Source of the DNA: the human T2T-CHM13v2.0 reference genome, Homo sapiens
Assembly: GCF_009914755.1 (NCBI RefSeq)
Contig: NC_060935.1
DNA: 64,000 bases
Strand: one strand, 5' to 3'
Of the stretch, positions 21,049 to 42,783 are shown piece by piece. A model generated the notes under the pieces. It ran no database searches. It worked only from the letters and a program-made list of their open reading frames with translations, and had not been told where the DNA came from. Position 1 is the stretch's first letter; each line of letters starts with the position of its first letter. The position numbers were made by a program, and so were the translations under genes.

Positions 21049-22082
21049 TTTTTTTTGAGATGAGTCTAGCTCTGTCGCCCAGGCTGGAGTGTGGTGGTGC
21101 CATCTCGGCTCACTGCAACCTCTGCCTCCTGGGTTCAAGCAGTTCTCTGCCTCAGCCTCCCTAGTGGCGGGGATTACAGGCACCCGCCACCATGCCCGGC
21201 TGTTTTTTGTATTTTTAGTAGAGATGGAGTTTCACATCTTGGCCAGGGTGGTCTTGAACTCCTGACCTCGTGATCTACCCGCCTCGGCCTCCCAAAGTGC
21301 TGGGATTACAGGTGTGAGCTACCATGCCCGGCCACGAGAATCTATTTTTTAGAAGCTTCTCAGACAATACTGAAATGCAGCTGAATTTTGGAACCACTGT
21401 TTTACACCACAGGTTTAGGGACTGTTTGTGAGTTAAGGGTTCCTTTCGGTGATCTGTGAACTTGGTCTTTGCAGTACCTAGATCCTGCCTTGGAGATTAT
21501 TTAGTAGTGGGGATTATTTAGATGGTATACTTAACCATTTTTCAGATGCCTGAAGACTGAACTTTAGAAGCATTTGTTAATTGATTTTATAAAATATCTT
21601 AGGACTTTTTTTTCTTAACCTCATGAAAATACATTACCATACTGTGCTGAAACTAAGCAAAATTCTTAGATATTTAGAGTTTGCTTCTGTGCTGAATAAT
21701 CTTACACTACTGTAATTTTTGAGTTAGTATCTTTTGCCCTCCTTTTGTCAGTCAGCGGTCAGGTCTGGTTTTAGATGCCAGCTTCAACTTTTTTTTTTTT
21801 TTTTCGGAGACAGTCTCACTATGTCACCCAGGCTGGAGTGCAGTGGCATGATCTTGGCTCACTGCAACCTCCGCCTCCTGGGTTCAAGTGATTCTCCTGC
21901 CTTAGCCTCCTGAGTAGCTAGGATTACAGGTGCGTGCCACCACACCTGGCTCATTTTTGTATTTTTAGTAGAGATGGGGTTTCACCATGTGGGCCAGGCT
22001 GGTCCCGATCTCCTGACCTCAAGTGATCCGCCCGCCTCGGCCTCCCAAAGTGCTGGGATTACAGGCGTGAGCCACCATGCCT
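21049..22082 (-). mobile_element. Two reverse Alus (21049-21333, 21788-22082)
   Basis: Alu consensus matches. Confidence 0.9.
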
Positions 22083-23325
22083 GTTTTTTGTTTTTGTTTT
22101 TGTTTTAATAAAGACCTATTCCCAGAGAATTAGCCCTGGATCAGTTTACCAGTTCTGCCCATTGAGGGCACAGATAGGCATACAGTATGCTCAGCCTTTA
22201 ACACAGTGATCCTGCCCACTGGTAAGTTGGACTCTTCTGTGCCCTAGACTCTGATCCCAGCAGAGAAGTGTTCTTTTCTCCTGGGGAGATGAGATGCAGT
22301 GGTAGAGAGAAGGGTAGATCTTTTTTGCTCATATTAAAATTTAGATTATCTAGTTTATGGAATGGAAGAATATTAGGAAAACTATAAATTTTTAGCAGCT
22401 AAATGTTAATATCTGAAGTTACAAAAGGTCATGGAGGCATTTTCTTATTCTTCATCCTGAAATTCGGCCTGTGCCTATGTTGAGAACTACCAGTGACCAC
22501 CATCTACTTCTAATATCCATTTATTTCATCAGCAAATACATTAATTGAGTCCTTACTCTGCTAGGAACTGTATTAGGGATTCACTGATGAACAGGCCCTT
22601 AAGGACCTGCAGTCTAGAGGAAGAGGCAAACAAGAGACGACAAAGCTGTTAAGAATTGTACATGGTGTCAATGGGGCCTGGGAGGAAAGAGCTTCTGTTT
22701 GCTGGTCAGTTGGTTGATTTGTTTAAACTTTGGGTGGTTGAGATTGCCAGAAGTTTTGCAAAAGAATAAGATAGTTACACTTTGTTACTCATTTATAAGA
22801 AATGATTACTTCGACTTGCCTCCTTAGTTTGAGGAGTCTTAAAAAGCAGTGCCATTCTTCCCATACTGAAGCCGTTTTGTAATGACAGATAGCTGTTTAT
22901 AGCTCCCTACACAACAGTTATCCTTTGACCAAACCTCAGACACTGACTCTCTGGTTCCAGACCCGTCCGAAGCTTGCTGTAGGTTTTTGCAAAATGTTTC
23001 CGGCATTCTTGAAATAGATGCTACTTCAAGTGGGAGGGGGTGTTTCTCCTGCTGCATTATGGATCTAGGTTGACTGGAGATTTTGTTTTGGCCTTTTGAC
23101 TTTGGCTTAGATTTATTTGTCATGGAAGCCCCCTTTCCTACTTCTCACCCCCTTTAGTTTTATGAGGAGGGAGATAGTTGCTAGTTAGATCAATACTCAG
23201 TTTATTTCAGGTATTGAAAGATTACAGACTGACATTTGGATACCAGGTAGGTTGGCTACGTGGTAAAGAAGCAAGTAAAAGGGCATTTGACAGTATGTGG
23301 AAAGGTATCTTATCTCTATGCCTAG

Positions 23326-23945
<620 letters not shown>

Positions 23946-24670
23946 CTAGCTAGGACATTGTCATGTCACAGACTGGGCAAAGAGCTGGCTTTACCCTGAG
24001 TAGAGGCTATTTACTAATTGTCACTTACGGCTGGCTAGAGTTGACCTGTTTTAGATGCATTAGTGAAGACTATACAGTTGACTGAACTTATGCAATTAAA
24101 GTTCGATAGGTTCTGAACATCTTTTTACAGATATAAGGAGGCTCTGATTTTGTACTTCACAGTAACTCTGGGGAAAACCACGGGATTATTAGTTCCAGAA
24201 TTTCTTACAGTGGAAATACATAGTGACTTGAAGTGATTTGAATTCCCCAGAGATTGACTACCGTGAAATCTGATGGCCCAAGAAAAGATGAATGAAAGAT
24301 TGTTTTTAGGAACATTAGAGAGCAGGACTAAAACGGCTGCAGACTGATGTTGAGTCAGACAGACTTGGAGAAAGCTGTGTGGGACTGTTAGTTGGAGCCT
24401 TGGGTTTCCTATACCTACATGTAAATCTGAACAAAAATTCTGGTGGCAGAGACACACTTTGAGAAAAAAGAGCTTGCCTGAGAACACATGTCACACTGAG
24501 ACCCTAATCAGGGCAGTTCACACTGCCTGCTCCATGGTTGGCTGGTCAGATTGGTTGGGCTTTGGTCCTCAGATGGGCGTAGCGGGAGGAACACTGACTA
24601 GTCTTGACAATTGACTGAGGCTTCCATTCGTGAGAATCATGGTTTTGGGCTGCAACAACACTTAGACGTC

Positions 24671-25060
<390 letters not shown>

Positions 25061-25968
25061 TAGGATTGTGATGTTCCAGACCACAGTTTTAAGTGCTATT
25101 TGTTTCAAGAGTGACATCACAGCTGGATTTTACTTAGAATTCAGAATAAGTGGTTAACGTCTGGAATTTTATTTTTGGTAGTAGTATGTGTCAGTTTTTT
25201 GTCACTGTATAGTAGTTGAGGAGTTCTTTTTTGTTGACATAGAGATACACAGGGTTTGTATTGCCTTTGGACAATGGACAGGTCTCATCTGTCTCTTTTG
25301 TCTGCAAGTGAGACCCTGCCCCTTCTGAGTAAACAACACTCTGTGAATGACTGTCCCTTTTCACTGTGGACTTCTTGTTATTACACCCTTAGATGGACTC
25401 AGCAGCTATGAGATCCTCCCATCATAGGTATGGTATTTTGTAACAAAAGTACAGAAACACCTCCAAGGTGCAGTGAATGATCTCAAGGAGAGAAATGGAG
25501 TATTATAGGATCATAGAGAGGCCTCGAGGTCTAACCAGCTGCTCTGCGGAAGTCAGGGTGATGGTGGTTTCAGTGTTGGGGAGGTTACAGAGTTAGTGTT
25601 GATATGCAAATTTTCTTCCTCCAAATTTGGAGTATGTTATATATGTTTTAATGTATATAACTGTGAATATGAATATAACATTAGAACATATATAACATAA
25701 TTTCTGCTGGTGGAGTAGAGATCATAAATTTGAGGTTTGCAGTTTGCTTTCTAAAACATCTTTTAAGTTTATTCTTTTCTGGCACACAGGACGTTGTAGG
25801 GTAACTTTGCTGTGGAGTCTCACATTTTATATAGAATCATTTTTTCAACATAGTGTGGATAATCACATACGCCTTGAAGGATCAATATATGTTAACAGAT
25901 GATTGGATCTTTTTGATTTTGCACTTAATTTCTTTACAAATTCTGCATTATAACCAGACAGCTCTATT

Positions 25969-26188
25969 GAGGGTTTGCAGATTTTTTCTGTAAAGGACCA
26001 GTTAGTAAATATTTTAGGCATTGGAGGCTAAATGGTCTCTGCAAGGACTCATCTCTGCTTTTGTAGTGTGAAAGCAGCCATAGCCAATCTGTAAACAAAT
26101 GAAGGTGGCTGTCTTCCAATAGGACTTTACTTATAAAAGCAGACAGAGAGTTGGATTTGGCCTGTGGGTTGTAGTTTGTCAATGCCTG
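25969..26188. mobile_element. MER58A (hAT-Charlie)
   Basis: ttttctgtaaaggaccagttagtaaatattttaggc...ggatttggcctgtgggttgtagtttg. Confidence 0.88.
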
Positions 26189-26216
26189 CTCTAATCTGTT
26201 TTGTCTTTGTTTATCT

Positions 26217-26579
26217 TTTTGAGATAGAGTCCCAGGCTAGAGTGCAGTGGTGTAATCTGGAGTGCAGTGGTGTAATCCCAGGCTAGAGTGCAGTGGTGTT
26301 TATTTTTTTGAGATAGAGTCCCAGGCTGGAGTGCAGTATAGCTCACTGCAGCCTTGACTGACCTCCCTGGCTGAAACGATTCTCTCACCTCAGCCTCCCG
26401 AGTAGCTGGGACTGTAGGCACATGCTACTACACCCAGGTAATTTTTTTTTTTTTTTTCTTGTAGAGACAAGATCTTCCGATGTTGCCCAGGCTGGTCTTG
26501 AACTCCTGGGCTCAAGCAGTCCTCCCACCTTGTTTTCCCAAAGTGCTGAGATAACAGGTGTGAACTACCATGCCTGGCC
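26217..26579 (-). mobile_element. AluJ-like element with internally reiterated 3' end
   Basis: Repeated ttgagatagagtcccaggct and gagtgcagtggtgt blocks. TSD-like ctctaatctgtttt on both sides. Confidence 0.85.
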
Positions 26580-26934
26580 TCTAATCTGTTTTTTTATTTT
26601 AACTTGTAATTGGACTATGAATTCAAAGAGTATATATCAGCATGTGCCCAGATATTAAACATTAGAACTGACACTTGTGTACCCACTAACCAGCTTAGGA
26701 AATAGAAGGTTGCCATACCTTTGGCTCCCTGTGTCCTCGTCTCACCACTTCCCTCTTTCTGACCTCCCCAAGGCAAATACCTTGTATGTATCATTTTTCT
26801 GCTTTACTTTATGGTGTTGCAAAGTATAAATGTATCCTTATATAATGTGACTTCATTTTTGCATTCCTTTAGACAATGTAAATGGAGTCACTTTGTTCTT
26901 TTTTTGCCCCCACTCAACATTGTTTCTGTGATCC

Positions 26935-28520
<1,586 letters not shown>

Positions 28521-29914
28521 GCAAGTAGAGCTCCGTCATGGGATTTGCCACAGTGATGAAGGGATATTTGGGATCCTGAGGTGTTGAGGTGGGAGAAACC
28601 ACACCATTTTTGCAGTGTTGGTGAAGTAATTCTCCAGAGGATGAATGACATGATGAATCAGAAGAGGTGACCCTTGCTGGAGCCACATTCTTGGGAAGGC
28701 AGCAGGAAGTGGGTGGGTGCCCATGTGGAGAGTTGGCATCCATGGGCTCCTCCCTGGTAGGAGGAGGGAGAGCAGACTAGGGGAGATGGGATAGTGGGAG
28801 CATGTGGACGTTGGCTTTTTTTTTTCTTGGTGAAATGGAAGAGTTCTCAGCAGTCAGTGAGAATGAGGGGGTGTCAGGGCTGGCGGGGTGTGAGGAGAGA
28901 GGAGGAAGTATGACATACTCTGTGGGAAAGTAAGAATGTGTGTGAATGGAATGGCCTACCTGAGGGTAGCAGTCCTGAGTTGCAGTGAAGACAGCACGAT
29001 TTGTTATTTTTCCTGGAAGGAGAGTAGGCATTGCTTCATTTAACTGGGGTTGTGGTTTCCCTAATCAGAAATAGCAAAGCAAGAGAGAGGCCAGGAAGTG
29101 ATGATGTTGGTGGGACGTGGTGGTAAAGCCGGGAAGGGAAGGCGTGCAGACGGAGAGGTTTGCCCACATTGGTGCGTGTGGTTGTGGTTTATCCTTCTTC
29201 ACTTCTCTGTTACATTGCAGACTGAATATGTCTCATTTTCTTCTTTGTCCTGCCATTGGAGAATATAAGTGTTTCTAGTAAGAAGGAACGCTGCCTTAAA
29301 CAAGTGCAGATGCATTTCTCCAGGGTACCACCCATGTAGAGAATTGCAGGGTAGTGCGACATGTACATCTTCAACTTTACTAGATGGTGCAAATTGTTTT
29401 CCAAAATGATTGTACCTCTTTACCTCACTACCAGCACCGTCCTACATCCTTGCTAGCCCTTGGTATTGTCAGACTTTAATATTTGCAGGTTTGGTGGATG
29501 TAAACTTATATCTCGGGGTTTTTTTTTTTTTAATGACAACATTATTGAGAAGTAATTCACAGACTATTCAATTGATCAATTTAAAGTGTACAACTGATGG
29601 ATTTTAATATATTCACAGAACTGTGCAGTTATCACCACAATCTAACTTTGTAACATTTTTGTCACCCCCTCAACGACAACAAAACCACCTTGTACCCATT
29701 GGACTATTCTGGACATTGCTTATTAATAGAATCATACAATAGGTGGTCTTTTGGGACCAGCTTCTTTCAACTTAGCATGTTTTCAAGTTTCATCCATGTT
29801 TTAGCATGTATCAGTATCAGTCCTTCATTCTTTTTAGTTGCTGAATAGTGTTCAATTGTATGGATATACCACATTTTATTTATCCATTCATCAGTTGATG
29901 GACATTTGTTTCCT

Positions 29915-30710
29915 TTGAAATATATAGTTGATTTTCATCCTTGGCATAGTTTCCGGGCATACAGCTCCTAAAATCTTTGGACTTTCCAAAATGATAAGTG
30001 TCTTTTTGTATGCGAATGAGTTGACTGATGGCTAGCTGACCTAGGTAGCTTCAGGTTAGGGGCTGGTCACTGGAAAGACCATGATTAGAGGGTTGGGACT
30101 TTCAGCTCCACCTCCAGCCTTCAGTGAGAGGAGATTTGCTGAACATTGAATTGATCAACTGCCAATGATATAATCAGTTGTGCCCAAGTAATGTCACTGC
30201 CATAAAAATCTGGAAAGACTGGGTTCTAGAAACTTCTAGAACACATGGAGGTTCCTGGAGGGTGGTGTGCCCATAGAGGGCATGGAAGCTCTGAGCCCCT
30301 CCCCTCTTACCTTGCCATGCGTATCTCTCCATCTGTATCCTTTGTAATATTGTTTATGATAAACTGGTAAACTTGTTTCCCTAAGTTCTGTAAGCCACTC
30401 TAGCAAATTAATCAAACCCAAGAAGTGGGTTATGGGAACCCCAGTTTATAGCTGTTGCGGGGGAAGCACAGGTAAAACAACCTGGAGCTTGTGATTGGCG
30501 TCAGAAGTCGAGGGCAGTCTTGTGGGACTGAGTCCTCACCCTGTGGGATCTGACTCTATCTCCAGGTAGATGGTGTTGGAATTGAATTGGAGGACACCCA
30601 CCTGGTGTCTGCTGCAGAACTGATTGCATGATGTGTGGTCACATAAGTATCCTGTGTTGATTGTTAAGGGAAAGAATAGGAAAAACACTCTGCTTTGTTA
30701 TTTTTGTCTC
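29915..30710. mobile_element. MER21B-like ERV LTR inserted in an old L1
   Basis: catacagctcctaaaatc...ggaggttcctggagggtggtgtgccc...catggaagctctgagcccc...ctagcaaattaatcaaaccca...gtgggatctgactctatctccaggtagatggtg. Confidence 0.8.
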
Positions 30711-30993
30711 TTTATTACTGGATTTCTACTTTTTGGCTGTTGTGAGTAATACTTCTGTGAATATTTGCATACAAGTCTTTGGGTAGACATGGTTTTATTT
30801 CTCTTGGTGTATACGTAGGAGTGGAATTGTTGGATAATGTGGTAACTTTAACATTTTGAAGATTTGCCTTTTCCTTATGGCTAATGCTGATGAGTGTCTT
30901 TTTACATAGCTTGTTGGCTATTTGCATGTTAAAAAGCAATTACCTTTTTTTTTTTTTTTTTGAGACAAGGTCTTGCTCTGTCACCTAGGTTGA

Positions 30994-31257
<264 letters not shown>

Positions 31258-31804
31258 TAAATATCATATTGGCTATTTGTATATCTTATTTAGAGGAAAG
31301 CTCACTTAAATCTTTTGTCCTTGCTTTTTTTTCAAAAAAGAAATGCTGTATTTTTCCTGTTTTTAACTTACCTAATGCCTTATGATTTATGTGTCCATGT
31401 TCATGGTGAGATTGGCCTGTAATTTTCCTTTTTTTATATCAACCTTGATGAGTTTTATTATCAAGATTATTCTAGTCCAATAAAACAAATTGTAGTATTT
31501 CCTCATTTGTCTCTTGAGAGTTTATGTAAAAGGGAATTATCTGTTCCTTGAAGGTTTGGTAAGCCTTGCTGGTAAGACCATTGGGGCCTAGTGTTTTCTG
31601 TCTCAGATTTTTAAATTACTTATTTGGATGTTTTAATATTTATAGGATTATTAAAATCTTTGTTTTTTCCTGAGTCACATTTGGTAGTTTATGTTAAAAA
31701 GTTTGTTTATTCTTGTCTGTATTTTCAAATATATTGGCATAAAATTCTGACTTACTATCTTTTGCATCTCTATCATATTTGTAATCACTAATATTTAACT
31801 TCCT

Positions 31805-33387
31805 TTTTTTTATTTTTTTTATTTTTATTTTTTTCATTGATCATTCTTGGGTGTTTCTCGCAGAGGGGGATTTGGCAGGGTCACAGGACAACAGTGGAGG
31901 GAAGGTCAACATACAAACAAGTGAACAAAGGTCTCTGGTTTTCCTAGGCAGAGGACCCTGCGGCCCTCTGCAGTGTTTGTGTCCCTGGGTACTTGAGATT
32001 AGGGAGTGGTGATGACTCTTAAGGAGCATGCTGCCTTCAAGTATCTGTTTAACAAAGCACATCTTGCACCGCCCTTAATCCATTTAACCCTGAGTGGACA
32101 CAGCACATGTTTCAGAGAGCACAGGGTTGGGGGTAAGGTCATAGATCAACAGCATCCCAAGGCAGAAGAATTTTTCTTAGTACAGAACAAAATGAAGTCT
32201 CCCATGTCTACTTCTTTCTACACAGAGACAGCAACAATCTGATTTCTCTGTCTTTTCCCCACCTTTCCCCCTTTTCTATTCCACAAAACCGCCATCGTCA
32301 TCATGGCCCATTCTCAATGAGCTGTTGGGTACACCTCCCAGACGGGGTGGTGGCTGGGCAGAGGGGCTTCTCACTTCCCAGAAGGGGCGGCCGAGCAGAG
32401 GTGCCCGCCACCTCCCGGACGGGGCAGCGGCCGGGCGGGGGCTGGCCCCCCACCTCCCTCCCGGACGGGGCGGCTGGCCGGGCGGGGGCTGCCCCCCACC
32501 TCCCTCCCGGACGGGGCGGCTGGCCGGGTGGGGGCTGCCCCCCACCTCCCTCCCGGACGGGGCGGCTGGCCGGGCGGTGGCTGCCCCCCACCTCCCTCCC
32601 GGACGGGGTGGCTGCCGGGCGGAGACGCTCCTCACTTCTCAGACGGGGCGGCTGCCGGGCGGAGGGGCTCCTCACTTCTCAGACGGGGTGGCTGCCGGGA
32701 GGAGGGGCTCCTCACTTCTCAGACGGGGTGGCCGGGCAGAGACGCTCCTCACCTCCCAGATGGGATCGCGGACGGGCAGAGGCGCTCTCCACATCTCAGA
32801 CGATGGGCGGCCGGGCAGAGACGCTCCTCACTTCCTAGACGGGATGGCGGCCGGGAAGAGGCGCTCCTCACTTCCCAGACTGGGCAGCCGGGCAGAGGGG
32901 CTCTTCTCATCCCAGACGATGGGCGGCCAGGCAGAGACGCTCCTCACTTCCCAGACGGGGTGGCGGCCGGGCAGAGGCTGCAATCTCGGCACTTTGGGAG
33001 GCCAAGGCAGGCGGCTGGGAGGTGGAGGTTGTAGCTAGCCGAGATCACGCCACTGCACTCCAGCCTGGGCAACATTGAGCACTGAGAGAACGAGATTCCG
33101 TCTGCAATTCCGGCACCTCGGGAGGCCGAGGCTGGCGGATCACTCGCGGTTAGGAGCTGGAGACCAGCCCGGCCAACACAGCGAAACCCCGTCTCCACCA
33201 AAAAAATACGAAAACCAGTCAGGCGTGGCGGCGCACGCCTGCAATCGCAGGCACTGGGCAGGCTGAGGCAGGAGAATCAGGCAGGGAGGTTGCAGTAAGC
33301 CGAGATGGCAGCAGTACAGTCCAGCTTCGGCTGGGCATCAGAGGGAGACCGTGGGGAGAGGGGGGAGGGGGAGGGGGAGGGGGAGGG
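31805..33387 (-). mobile_element. Full-structure SVA retrotransposon, antisense to PPP6R3
   Basis: Poly(A) as a T-tract ~31805-31835, SINE-R ~31836-32335, GC-rich VNTR ~32340-32960, Alu-like domain ~32960-33350, (CCCTCC)n hexamer ~33352-33387. TSD TATTTAACTTC(C/T)T at 31792-31804 and 33389-33401. Confidence 0.97.
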
Positions 33388-34172
33388 CTATTTAACTTCT
33401 TAAACAGTATGTTTAGGTCATTAATTTTCAACCTTTTTATATACTTATATGTACATACATATCTAAATAAAGTAGTAATTTCCTTTTAAGCACCACTTTA
33501 GCTATATGCTATAAGTTTTGCTATGTATAATTTTTATCTTTAATTCTGAATATATTCAGATTTTCATTATGATTTCAAATCTTGGCATATATATCTTTTT
33601 AAAATCTTTGTTATTGATGACAAACTTAAATTGTGTTAATAGGGCTGGTGTGATGGCTCACACCTGTATTCCCAGCACTTTGGAAAACCTAGGCAGGAGG
33701 ATGCTTGAGCCCAGGAGTTTGAGACCAGCCTGGACAACATAGTGAGACCCCAGCTCTACATATATATATTTTTTTATTTAGCTGGGCGTGGTGGTTTGTG
33801 CCTGTAGTCACAGCTACTCAGGTGGCTGAGGTGGCAGGATTGCTTGAGCCCAGGAGTTCGAGGCTGCAGTAGTAAGCTATGATTGCACCACTGTACTCCA
33901 GCCTAGATGACAGAGTAAGACCCTGTTTCTTTAAAAAAAAAAAAAAGTGTTAATAAAATGTGGTCTAATGCGATTTTGATTCTTTGAAATGTGTTGAGGC
34001 TAGTTTTAGTTTGTGCAGATTTTCATCACTATTCTATGTGTGTTTAAAAGAATGTGTATTTCCAGATTATAAGGTGAGGCTTTTCCATCTCTGTTCAAAC
34101 TAGTATCCTTAATTTTTTTCTGCTTGTTCTGTTAGTTGGTGGGGGATGGGGGTGGGTGTTAGAATACAACAC

Positions 34173-34736
<564 letters not shown>

Positions 34737-34805
34737 ACCTTCTATGATGGGATTTGTCAGATTCTGTAGCACTCAGTTTTTGCTTTTCATCTGTAAAGTT
34801 TAGAT

Positions 34806-36362
<1,557 letters not shown>

Positions 36363-36646
36363 TACTTTTATATTGTCATTCTTAAAAGGTTGTTTTGCCT
36401 AATACCCAGTTCTGGCTCGATGATTGTTTTCCCTTAGCACTTTGACAGCACTTTCATCTTCTTTTTCCATTGCTGGTATTGAGAGTGATAAGAAGTTAGA
36501 TGTCAGTCGTTTCTCTGCAGGTCATCTCTAGCTTCTAACCTCTTTCTTTCATTTTTTAAAGTCTTTTTTTCTCCTTGTTCTTCAATTTCACTAAGAATTA
36601 TTTATGTAGAGTTCTTATTTCTTATCCTTTCTCTGCCTGAGGGTTG

Positions 36647-39444
<2,798 letters not shown>

Positions 39445-41514
39445 TTAAATGTTAATGAATAGTAGCCTATTTTATGGACTCTGGCTTGGTTTTGAAGTCT
39501 TGACTGTAGAGGTAGGATATTGTAAACTTTTTTATTCAACTGACTTTGTTTTTTTGGTTTGGGATAGAAAGTCTTAGTTTTTTAAAAAAAATTAATATGT
39601 GATATTTATTTTGAAAAAAATTATAGAGAAGGCTAAAATCCATTCTGATCACCTTTTCCAAATCCTTTTCCATCTTCTGTTGTTACTGGTTTTGTGTCTC
39701 CTTTCTTGATTTTTTTTCTGTATATTTGCATATATATGCTGGGTATGTGTGTTTTATATAAATATAATAGCACCATACTATTGTGCCGTTCTTTTTTCAT
39801 TCATCTCTTTTCACTGAGTCCCATGTAGTACTAATAGGTCTACCTCTTTCTTTTTAATAGCTGCATACTAAGGGTATACTTTATAGCCATTTCCCATATC
39901 AAGGGTCTTTAGATTTTGTTGTTATTATCACAAACAATTCAGCTGGCTTTTAGTTCAATGTAATAAAGTTCTTTGTTCTTAGAAGCCTTTAGAATTATAT
40001 TGTTTAGTGCAGAAATAAAACACTACAAGCTGAGTTATTTTGCTTTTTTGTCTTTGCAAGTAAAGTACAAATGTTTAAGCAAAGGGAAGAAAACTTTTCT
40101 TAGAAAAGTATTTTGTTTACCTCCTTTCAAAATGAGATACGACATTGCTTTTAAATTCTATAAATGACCAATTATTTAGCAAATCTTTTAAAATTGTGGG
40201 AAAATACATAACATAAAGTTTGCATTTTCACCATTTTTAAAAAAGTTCCCAGCAAAATTGAGCAAAAAATATGGAGGAGAGTTCCCATATACTCCTGTCC
40301 CCACACTTCTGTGATAACATCCCTCAGGAGAATGGTGCATTTGTTAGAGTTGATGAACCTACACCAACACATTATCATCCAAAGTCCATACTTTAGGGTG
40401 TACTCTTGGTGTTACACATTCTATAAGTTTTTTAGACTGGAGTGCAGTGGTGTGATCTCGGCTCATTGTAACCTCCGCCTCTCAGGTTCGAGTTATTCCC
40501 CTGCCTCAGCCTCCTGAGTAGCTGGAATTACAGGCATTTGCCACCAGACTGGCTAACTTTTGTGTTTTTAGTAGAGACAGGGTTTCACCATGTTGGCCAG
40601 GCTGGTCTCAAACTCCTGACTTCAGGTGATCCGCCTTCTTTGGTCTCCCAAAGTGCTGGGATTACAGGCGTGAGCCACTGTGCCCAGTCATATTCTAAAA
40701 GTTTTGAAAAATGTATAAGGACATGTAGCCACCATTGTAGTATCATACAGAATGGTTTCACTGCCCTACAGATCCTCTGTGCCTCATCTATTCATCCTTA
40801 CCTCCCTGCAACCTCTGGCGACCACTAATCCTTTTACTGTCTGCATAGCTTTGTCTTTTCCAGAATGTCATACATTGTTTATGTAGCCTTTTCATATTGG
40901 CTTCTTTCACGTAATAATATGCATTAAGTTTTCTTCATGTCTTTTCATGGCTTGATAGCTCATTCCTTTTTAGTGCTGAATAATATTCCATTGTCTGGAT
41001 GTGCCCAAATTTATTCATTCACCTACTGAAAGATAGCTTGGTTGCTTCCCAATTTTGGCAATTGTGGATAAAGATGCTGTAAATATCCGTGTGCAGGTTT
41101 TTGTGTGGACGTAAGTTTTTTCACTTTACTTCGGCAGATACCAAGGAGTATGATTACTGTATTGTACAGAAAGAGTATGTTTGCTGTTTGGAAGAAACTG
41201 CCCACAGTGGCTGTACCATTTTATATTCGCACCAGCAATGAATGAGAGTTCCTCTTGCCCCACATTGTTGACAGTGTTTGGTGATGTGTCTTGAGTTTGG
41301 CCATTTTAATAGATGTGTTGTGCTATCTCATTGTTGCTTTAATTTGCAGTTCCCTAATGATGTATGATGTTGAACATGTTTTCAAATGCTTACTTGCTGT
41401 CTGTAATGTTTGCTCAGGTCTTTTGTCCATTTTTTAATCAGGTTGTTCATTTTTTTGAGTTTTAAGTGTCTATATATATTTTTATATATATATAATATAA
41501 GATACATATTTTGA

Positions 41515-41673
<159 letters not shown>

Positions 41674-42621
41674 TAGTAGAGATGGGGTTTCACCATGTTG
41701 GTCAGGCTGGTCCCAAACTCCTGACCTCAGGTGGTCCACCCACCTCGGCCTCCCAATGTGCTGAGATTACAGGCATGAGCCACAGCGCCCAGCCTTCTTT
41801 ATATATTTTTGGATAATAGTTGATTATCAAATGTGTTGTCAGATTTTGATCAGGATTGCATTGAATCTGTAGATCAAGTTAGGCAGAACTGATATCATGA
41901 CAATATTGAACCTTCTTATCCATGAACATGGAATATCTCTTCATTTGTTTAGTTCTTCTTTGGGGTCTGTCATCAGAGTTTTATAGTTTTCCTTATATAG
42001 ATCTTGTACATATTTTGTTTTATACCTAAGTATTTCATTTTTTGGATATGTTAATATAAATAATTTTTTTTTTATTTTCAAATTCCACTTGTTCCTTGCA
42101 GGTATATAGGAAAGCAGTTGATGTTTGTATATTAACCTTGTAGCCTGTAACCTTGGTATAATGGCTTATAAGTTCTGGGACTTTTTTTTTTTTTTTTTTT
42201 CAATTCCTTCACATTTTCTCCATCATGTTGTCTGTCAACAAAGACAGTTTTATTTTATGCTTTCCAATCTGTATACTTTTTATTTCCTTTTCTTATTGAA
42301 TTAGCTAGGACTTCCAGTATGATATGATGGAAAAGGATGATGAGAGGGAACATCTTTGCCCGCTTCCTGATCTTAGTGGGAAAGCTTTAATTTCTGACCA
42401 TCAATTATGATGATAGTTGTAGGTTTTTGATATATGTTGTTTATCAAGTTGAGGAAGCTTCTTACTGTTCCTAGTTTTCTGAGTGTTTTTTGAAATGAAC
42501 AGGTGTTGGATTTTATTAAATGCCTTTTCTGCATCTGTTGATGTGATCAGGTGAGTCTTCTTGAACCTACTGATGTGATGGGTCATGTTAATTAATTGAT
42601 TTAAAAAATTATTTATTTTGA

Positions 42622-42783
<162 letters not shown>

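Noticed and set aside
32276-33201. ORFs up to 237 aa, and a CRISPR-like repeat appearance
   Set aside because: These are translations of the SVA VNTR. The repeats are tandem 40-50 bp units without unique spacers.
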